Under the pieces are notes generated by a model that worked only from the letters and a program-made list of their open reading frames with translations, did no database searches and had not been told where the DNA came from. A stretch of 64,000 bases of DNA from positions 2,816,001-2,880,000 of the forward strand of contig OZ252299.1 of the NCBI GenBank assembly GCA_965250285.1, read 5' to 3'. Within the stretch, counting starts at the first letter, position 1; each line of letters starts with the position of its first letter. Positions 57,591 to 64,000 of the stretch are shown piece by piece. Origin of the DNA: Myxococcota bacterium. GTDB taxonomy: Bacteria > Myxococcota_A > UBA9160 > UBA4427. The position numbers and the translations under genes are program-made.

Positions 57591-58376
57591 ATGATTCTCG
57601 AAGGCAAGACGATTGCGGTATCGGGGGCCGGCCCCGGCCTCGGCAAGGAGGTCGCCGCCTGCGCGCTGCGCGACGGGGCCAACGTCGTGCTCGGTGCACG
57701 CACCCAGGAGAAGCTCGAGACGACGGCGGCCGAGCTCGACCCCGACGGCAAGCGCGTCGCGATCTGCCGTATGGACGTCACCGATGCCTCGACGTGTGAG
57801 GCCTTCGCCCAGACCGCCACCGACCGCTTCGGCGCGCTCCACGGCGTGGTGAACGTCGCCGCCTTCGACACCCTGTTCGGCACCCTCGAGAGCACTTCGA
57901 CCGAGGACTGGACGACGGCGCTCACGACCAACGTCATCGGCAGCGCGAACGTCGCGAAGGCCTGCACGCCGCACATCGAGGCCGCGGGCGGCGGGGCCGT
58001 GATCCTGGTCGGCTCGCTCAGCATGTGGCTGCCGCCGCCGAACAAGCAGATCGCCTATGCCTCCTCGAAGGGCGCGCTGATCTCGGCGATGTATCACATG
58101 GCCGAAGAGCTCGGCCCGAAGAAGATCCGCGTGAACATGGTGATCCCGACTTGGATGTGGGGCCCGCCCGTGCAGATGTACGTCCAGTGGCAGGCCAGCG
58201 AGCGCAAGGTCGACGAGCAGACCATCATCGACGAGATCACTTCGAACATGCCCCTCGGCGAGATTCCGCGCGACGACGACGTCGCCGAGATGTGCACCTT
58301 CCTCTGCTCGGACCGCGCGCGCATGGTCACGGGTGAGACGATCCAGGTGAACGCCGGCGAGTTCATGCGCGGCTGA
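57591..58376 (+). CDS. Short-chain dehydrogenase/reductase
   Basis: SGAGPGLG, YASSK, IPTWMWGPPV. Confidence 0.9.
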   Translation: MILEGKTIAVSGAGPGLGKEVAACALRDGANVVLGARTQEKLETTAAELDPDGKRVAICRMDVTDASTCEAFAQTATDRFGALHGVVNVAAFDTLFGTLESTSTEDWTTALTTNVIGSANVAKACTPHIEAAGGGAVILVGSLSMWLPPPNKQIAYASSKGALISAMYHMAEELGPKKIRVNMVIPTWMWGPPVQMYVQWQASERKVDEQTIIDEITSNMPLGEIPRDDDVAEMCTFLCSDRARMVTGETIQVNAGEFMRG

Positions 58377-58448
58377 TCACGCGGCCCGCCCACCCCGCGA
58401 TCACCGCCCCGCCCTTTCGAAGCGCCGAGGCAGGCGCAGGGAGCCCCC

Positions 58449-60935
58449 ATGCCCGCCCGATCGATCACGGACGAGACCACCGAGAAGCGCATCGACGAGC
58501 TGGTGGCGCAGCTGACCCTCGAAGAGAAGGTCTCGATGTGCGACGGCAGCGGCATCTGGCACTCGACCGGCGTCGAACGCCTCGGGATCCCGCCGATCAA
58601 GGTGACCGATGGCCCGAACGGTGCACGCGGCGATGGCGTCTCGGGCGCGACCGCACTCTGCTTTCCCGTCGGCAGCGCCCTGGGCGCGACTTGGAACCCC
58701 GAGCTCATGCGAGACGTCGGCCGCGCCCTCGCACACGAGACCCGGAGCAAGGGCGCCCAGGTGTTGCTGGGGCCGACCGTGAACCTCCATCGCCACCCCG
58801 TCGGCGGGCGACACTTCGAGTGCTACTCGGAGGATCCCCACCTCACGTCGCGGATCGCCGTGGGCTTCATCGAGGGTCTCCAGAGCGAGCGCGTGTCGGC
58901 CTGCATCAAGCACTACGTCTGCAACGACACCGAGTTCGAGCGCCACACGATCTCGAGCGACGTCGATGAGCGCACTCTGCGCGAGCTCTATCTGCCGCCG
59001 TTCGAGGCCGCCGTGCGTGAGGCCGGCACCGGCTCGATCATGTCGGCCTACAACCAGATCAACGGCACGTTCGCATCGAGCCACGCCGAGCTGCTCCGCG
59101 ACGTCTTGAAGGCCGAATGGGGCTTCGAAGGCTTCGTCGTCAGCGACTGGGGCGCCGCGAAGGAGACGGTCGAGAACGCGCGCGGCGGCCTCGATCTCGC
59201 GATGCCGGGCCCCTGCCCGACCCGCGGCGAACCCCTGCTCCAGGCGGTGAAGGAAGGCGCGGTCGACGAGGCGCACATCGATGACATGGTGCGTCGCCTG
59301 TTGCGCGTCACGTTCTGGTCGGGGCGCTTCGACGCACCCGACGAGGTCGAGGAGCGCAGCGACGACCGCCCCGAGCATCGCGCGCTCGCACGGCGCGCCG
59401 CCGCCGAGGCGATGGTGCTCGTGAAGAACGACGGGGTCCTTCCCTTCGGCGCGCCCGGCCTGCGCAAGCTCGCGGTGATCGGTCCGAATGCGAAGACCGG
59501 GATCATCCAGGGCGGCGGCAGCTCGGGCGTCAAGCCGCATCATGTCTCACATCCGCTCCAGGCCATCGAGGCCGCGCTCGGCGACGACGTCGAGGTCGAC
59601 TACTCGGTGGGCACCCACATCGACAAGTACCTGCCCGGGATCCCGCCCGAGATGCTGCGCCCCGCCGATGAGAGCGACCGGCCCGGCCTGCTGGTCGAGT
59701 ACCGAAACGGGAACGGCTTCGACACCGACGTCGTCGAGACGCGGGTCGTCAAGCGCTGCCAGGCGCTCGTGATGGGCCAGTTCTCGGAGGCCGTCGATCC
59801 GAACGCCTTCACGATGCGATACACGGGCACCTTCACCCCCGACGTCTCGGGCACCCATACCTTCGGCCTGCTCTCGTTCGGCAAGAGCCGTCTCTATGTC
59901 GACGACGAGCTGCTCATCGACAACTGGGATCACCAGGAGCGCGGCGACGCGTTCTTCGGCATGGGCTCGAAGGAGAAGCAGGGCGAGGTCACGCTCGAAG
60001 CCGGCGAGCAGCACCTCTTTCGAGTCGACTACCAGACCCCGGGCGCCGGGGGCGTGTGCGGGCTGCAGTTCGGCATGCGGCCCCCCGAGCCCGACGATCT
60101 GATCGGTGAAGCCGTCGCGGTCGCCGCCGATGCAGACGCCGTCGTGCTCGTGATCGGCACGAACAACGACTGGGAGACCGAGGGCAACGATCGCACCGAC
60201 ATCGCGTTGCCCGGCGATCAGGACGAGCTCGTTCGGCGCGTGATCGAAGCGAACCCCGACACCGTCGTCGTGCTCAATGCCGGCGCGCCCGTCACGATGC
60301 CCTGGCTCGACGATTGCCGCGCGCTGCTGCTCACATGGTTCCCCGGCCAGGAGTTCGGCCACGCCCTCGCCGACGTTCTCATGGCGCGATGCTCTCCCGG
60401 CGGTCGCATGCCGACGAGCTGGCCGAGGCGCATCGAGGACACGCCGGCGAACGAGAGCTACCCCGGCAGCGATGGCCACGCGCCGTACACCGAAGGTCTG
60501 CGCATCGGCTACCGCCACTACGACACGAGCGGCATCGAGCCAGCGATCCCGTTCGGTCACGGGCTCGGCTACAGCGAGTTCGTGTACTCGGCCCTGACCG
60601 TCCCCGAACAGATCGACGCGGGCGAGCCGTGCACGGTGTCGCTCGAGATCGCCAACGCCGGCGAGATGACGGCCCAGGAGGTGGTCCAGCTCTACGTGCA
60701 TCGCATCGATGACGACGGCGTGTCTCGCCCCGACCAGGAGCTGCGCGCCTTCGCAAAGCTCGAGCTCGGTGGGCACCACCGCAGCGACGTCGAGCTCGAG
60801 GTCGACGCCCGTGCGTTCTCGTATTGGGATGCCGAGGCCCACGCCTGGCGCGTCGCACCCGGTCGCTACGAGCTGCGTGTCGGTGGCTCGAGCCGCGACA
60901 TTCGGTCGACCGCCGAGGTCGAGGTGCGGGGCTGA
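58449..60935 (+). CDS. GH3 beta-glucosidase with PA14 insertion and FN3-like C-terminus
   Basis: TDGPNGARG, ECYSEDP, KHY, VVSDWG (nucleophile), IGYRHYD, PFGHGLGY. No signal peptide. Confidence 0.93.
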   Translation: MPARSITDETTEKRIDELVAQLTLEEKVSMCDGSGIWHSTGVERLGIPPIKVTDGPNGARGDGVSGATALCFPVGSALGATWNPELMRDVGRALAHETRSKGAQVLLGPTVNLHRHPVGGRHFECYSEDPHLTSRIAVGFIEGLQSERVSACIKHYVCNDTEFERHTISSDVDERTLRELYLPPFEAAVREAGTGSIMSAYNQINGTFASSHAELLRDVLKAEWGFEGFVVSDWGAAKETVENARGGLDLAMPGPCPTRGEPLLQAVKEGAVDEAHIDDMVRRLLRVTFWSGRFDAPDEVEERSDDRPEHRALARRAAAEAMVLVKNDGVLPFGAPGLRKLAVIGPNAKTGIIQGGGSSGVKPHHVSHPLQAIEAALGDDVEVDYSVGTHIDKYLPGIPPEMLRPADESDRPGLLVEYRNGNGFDTDVVETRVVKRCQALVMGQFSEAVDPNAFTMRYTGTFTPDVSGTHTFGLLSFGKSRLYVDDELLIDNWDHQERGDAFFGMGSKEKQGEVTLEAGEQHLFRVDYQTPGAGGVCGLQFGMRPPEPDDLIGEAVAVAADADAVVLVIGTNNDWETEGNDRTDIALPGDQDELVRRVIEANPDTVVVLNAGAPVTMPWLDDCRALLLTWFPGQEFGHALADVLMARCSPGGRMPTSWPRRIEDTPANESYPGSDGHAPYTEGLRIGYRHYDTSGIEPAIPFGHGLGYSEFVYSALTVPEQIDAGEPCTVSLEIANAGEMTAQEVVQLYVHRIDDDGVSRPDQELRAFAKLELGGHHRSDVELEVDARAFSYWDAEAHAWRVAPGRYELRVGGSSRDIRSTAEVEVRG

Positions 60936-60966
60936 GCGGGCGCAACGCCCGCAGGCGCAGCCGGGA

Positions 60967-62301
60967 TCACTCGTTCGCGGTCGCGAGATCGGCGCGCAGA
61001 TTCTTCGCGGCGAGTCCGTAGTGAACCGCCGACCAGATGTTGCCGCCGACGACGAGGATCACGAGCGCGTAGCGGAGCGATTCGTCGCCGAAGCGGGGCG
61101 CCAGCGCGTCGCTCAGCGCACCCGTCGCCGAGGGCCCGAGACCGAGGCCGATCAGGTTGATGATGAAGAGCAGAACGGCCGAGGCGAGCGCCCGCATGTG
61201 CGGCTTCGCGATGCTCTGGGTCATCGCGAATGTCGGCCCTAGGTACATCGCCCCGAGAACCGCGGCCGGGAAGAGCAGCACCATCGCGACGTACGGATCA
61301 CCGAGCAAGTAGATGCAGCCCGCGATCGGCGCTCCGAGCAGCGTCGAGATGCCGGGCACCCAGACCGCCCATCGCACGTCTCGGTCTCGAAGGCGGTCGA
61401 CGAGCCAACCGCCGCCGTAGACCCCGACCGCACCGATCAAGCCGACGAAGAACAAGAAGCTCGACACCTCGGGCTTCGTCATCCCGTGAATGCGCATGAA
61501 GAAAGCCGCGTTGAAGAATGCGACGCCGTAGCCGACGAACGAATGCAGCGCGGCGGCGAGCGACATCTGGATGAAGGAGCGCCGCGCGAGCATGTAGCGG
61601 ATGACCTCGCCCGGCGACGAGCCCGTCGTCGGTGCCACGACGGCACGGGCAGCTCGAGCGCCCCCCTCGTTGCGCCCATCGACCCGCGGCTCGGGTAGCG
61701 TCGTCGCGACGAGCACAGCGAGCGCGACCCCGGGCAGACCGACCACGAGGAACGCGACGCGCCAGCCGAAGTACTGGCCGACCCAGCCGCCGATCAGCGT
61801 GCCGAGTGCCCCCCCGATGTAGATGCCCGCCGAGTAGATCGACAACGCGCGCGCGCGCTGCGAGACCGGGAAGTAATCGGTGATGAGCGAGTGCGAAGGC
61901 GGTGAGCCGGCCGCCTCTCCGATGCCGACACCGATGCGCGCCGCGATCAAGCCGGCGAAGCTCGACGCCCGGCCAGTGATCGCCGTCATCAGGCTCCACG
62001 TGGTCAGCCCGATCGTGATGATGAGCCGGCGCGATCCGAAGTCGGCCCAGCGCGCGATCGGGATGCCGGCAAAGGTGTAGAAGAGCGCGAACGCGATGCC
62101 GCCCAGCAACCCGAGCTGCGTGTCGGAGAGGTCGATCTCGCGCTTGATGTCCTCGAGCAGGATCGAGAGGATCTGGCGATCGATGAAGTTGAAGATGTAG
62201 ACCGCGAGAAGCAGTGCGAGGGCGTACCGGGCTCGGCCCGGTGACACGAGCCCCGGAGCCTCCTCGGCCTCGGCGCCGGTCGGCGTCTCTGCTTGGCTCA
62301 T
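60967..62301 (-). CDS. MFS transporter (spinster-like)
   Basis: FNFIDRQILSIL, GIPIARWAD..SRR, RIGVGIGEA, GWRVAF. Start MSQAET at 62301. Confidence 0.92.
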   Translation of the reverse strand: MSQAETPTGAEAEEAPGLVSPGRARYALALLLAVYIFNFIDRQILSILLEDIKREIDLSDTQLGLLGGIAFALFYTFAGIPIARWADFGSRRLIITIGLTTWSLMTAITGRASSFAGLIAARIGVGIGEAAGSPPSHSLITDYFPVSQRARALSIYSAGIYIGGALGTLIGGWVGQYFGWRVAFLVVGLPGVALAVLVATTLPEPRVDGRNEGGARAARAVVAPTTGSSPGEVIRYMLARRSFIQMSLAAALHSFVGYGVAFFNAAFFMRIHGMTKPEVSSFLFFVGLIGAVGVYGGGWLVDRLRDRDVRWAVWVPGISTLLGAPIAGCIYLLGDPYVAMVLLFPAAVLGAMYLGPTFAMTQSIAKPHMRALASAVLLFIINLIGLGLGPSATGALSDALAPRFGDESLRYALVILVVGGNIWSAVHYGLAAKNLRADLATANE

Positions 62302-62509
62302 CGCGCTTCCCCCTCGCGTCGGCTCGGCCGGCCGACCGAGCATAGGCGAGGCGACCGCGAACGGGCACGAAACAACGGCAGGTTCACTGCCTCGGAATCC
62401 ACCCGCTCGCGCCCGGTCACCCCCCGCGCCAGACCGCCCGCGTGGGTCTTGTCGCATGCCCGCCGGCCGGGGATCATCGTGGGCCCTGCCGAACACGAGG
62501 AGCGCGCCC

Positions 62510-64000
62510 ATGTACCCCGGGAACTACGTCGAAGAGCAGCCGGACAAGCCCGCCGTCATCATGCACGGCTCGGGCGAGGTCGTGACCTACCGAGAGCTCG
62601 ACCGGCGATCGACCCAGCTCGCCCGACTGTTTCGCGATGCCGGGCTGAGGCGCGGCGATCACATCGCGATGCTGATCGAGAACAACGCGCACTTCCTCGA
62701 GATCGGCTGGGCGGCGCTTCGCTCGGGCCTCTACGTCACACCGATCAACAGCTATCTCACGGCCGAAGAGGCGGCCTACATCATCGACGACTGCGGCGCG
62801 CGGGCCTTCGTGGGCAGCCGGGCCAAGGCCGAAGTGGCCGAGGGGCTGCGCGGCGAGTTCGCCGTCCCCGCCGTCGAGACCTATCTGATGGTCGGCGGCG
62901 CGATCGATGGCTACGACGACTACCTCGAGGCCATCGCCGATCAGGACACCAAGCGTCTCGAGGACGAGACGATGGGCGCCGTCATGATGTACTCGTCGGG
63001 CACGACGGGCCGGCCCAAGGGCATCATGCGTCCGCTGCCCGACGAGACGCCGGCTGACAGCCTCGCCCCAGCACTCATGGGCATGCTCTTCGGCTGGCGC
63101 AAGGACATGGTCTACCTCTCACCGGCTCCCCTGTACCATGCAGCGCCCAATGCCTTCTGCAACGCGACGCTGGCCTTCGGAGGAACCGTCGTCGTGATGG
63201 AGAAGTTCGACGCTGCCGAGGCGCTGCGCGCGATCGACATCCATGGCGCGACCCACAGCCAATGGGTGCCGACCATGTTCAGCCGCATGCTGAAGCTGCC
63301 CGAGGACGATCGCGCGAGCTTCAGCGGTTCTTCCCTCGAGATGGCGATCCACGCCGCCGCCCCCTGCCCCGTCGCCGTGAAGCACCAGATGATCGAGTGG
63401 TGGGGCCCCATCCTCTCCGAGTACTACGCGGGCAGCGAGGGCAACGGTGCCACGATCATCCACAGTGAAGACTGGCTGAAGAAGCCGGGCTCGGTCGGCC
63501 AGGCGATCGGCGAAGCGAAGATCGACATCATGGACGACGAGGGCCGCGTGCTGCCGCCGGGAGAGCCCGGGACCGTCTACTTCAGGGGCGGCGCCGAGTT
63601 CGAGTATCACAACGACCCGGGGAAGACGGCCGACAGCCGACGCGACGGGGGCCGCAGCACACTCGGCGACATGGGCTACGTGGATGAGGACGGCTACCTC
63701 TTCCTCACCGACCGCAAGGCGTACATGATCATCTCGGGCGGCGTGAACATCTATCCGCAGGAGATCGAGGACTGCCTGATCACCCACGAGCTCATCGCAG
63801 ACGCTGCCGTCTTCGGCGTCCCGAACGAGGACATGGGCGAAGAGGTGAAGGCGGTCGTTCAGCTGATGCCCGGCGTCGACGAGAGCGACGCCACGCGCGA
63901 AGCCCTGCTCGCTCATTGCCGCGAGCACCTGGCCGGCTACAAGATGCCGCGCTCGATCGACTTCGAAGCCGAGCTGCCGCGGCTGCCAACGGGCAAGCTC
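62510..64000 (+). CDS. Acyl-CoA synthetase (3' end runs off the window)
   Basis: Manual translation from ATG 62510: MYPGNYVEEQPDKPAVIM…, MYSSGTTGRPKG, PAPLYHAAP, EYYAGSEG, GDMGYVDEDGYLFLTDR, LPRLPTGKL. Confidence 0.93.
   Translation, partial: MYPGNYVEEQPDKPAVIMHGSGEVVTYRELDRRSTQLARLFRDAGLRRGDHIAMLIENNAHFLEIGWAALRSGLYVTPINSYLTAEEAAYIIDDCGARAFVGSRAKAEVAEGLRGEFAVPAVETYLMVGGAIDGYDDYLEAIADQDTKRLEDETMGAVMMYSSGTTGRPKGIMRPLPDETPADSLAPALMGMLFGWRKDMVYLSPAPLYHAAPNAFCNATLAFGGTVVVMEKFDAAEALRAIDIHGATHSQWVPTMFSRMLKLPEDDRASFSGSSLEMAIHAAAPCPVAVKHQMIEWWGPILSEYYAGSEGNGATIIHSEDWLKKPGSVGQAIGEAKIDIMDDEGRVLPPGEPGTVYFRGGAEFEYHNDPGKTADSRRDGGRSTLGDMGYVDEDGYLFLTDRKAYMIISGGVNIYPQEIEDCLITHELIADAAVFGVPNEDMGEEVKAVVQLMPGVDESDATREALLAHCREHLAGYKMPRSIDFEAELPRLPTGKL

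Overview
High-GC chromosomal window from a diderm bacterium: it has a TonB-dependent receptor, PEP-CTERM proteins and an MltF-like gene. It also carries many actinobacterial-style catabolic genes (F420-type LLM oxidoreductases, KshA-like Rieske oxygenase, acyl-CoA synthetases, sulfotransferases). That mix suggests a Myxococcota/Binatia-like lineage, which is inference only. About 50 CDS are supported, including hemB, cysS, tkt, leuCD, glnS and lysA, plus one tRNA-Pro(TGG) and a clear cobalamin riboswitch. I saw no CRISPR array, transposase, integrase or prophage gene. The standout is the riboswitch-led operon at ~34.5-40.2 kb. Its first ORF is an apparent polyprotein: signal peptide, surface domain 1, an INTERNAL PEP-CTERM anchor whose RRRR tail doubles as the n-region of a second signal peptide, a DUF4465-like domain 2, and a terminal PEP-CTERM. 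A BtuB-like receptor and a coupled beta-propeller-like exported protein follow. This looks like an exosortase-anchored counterpart of the Bacteroidota surface B12-capture systems. Two intergenic regions (12.94-13.14 kb and 49.81-49.93 kb) can fold into extensive structures that I could not assign to a known family. All family assignments come from motif recognition by eye, not from database searches.
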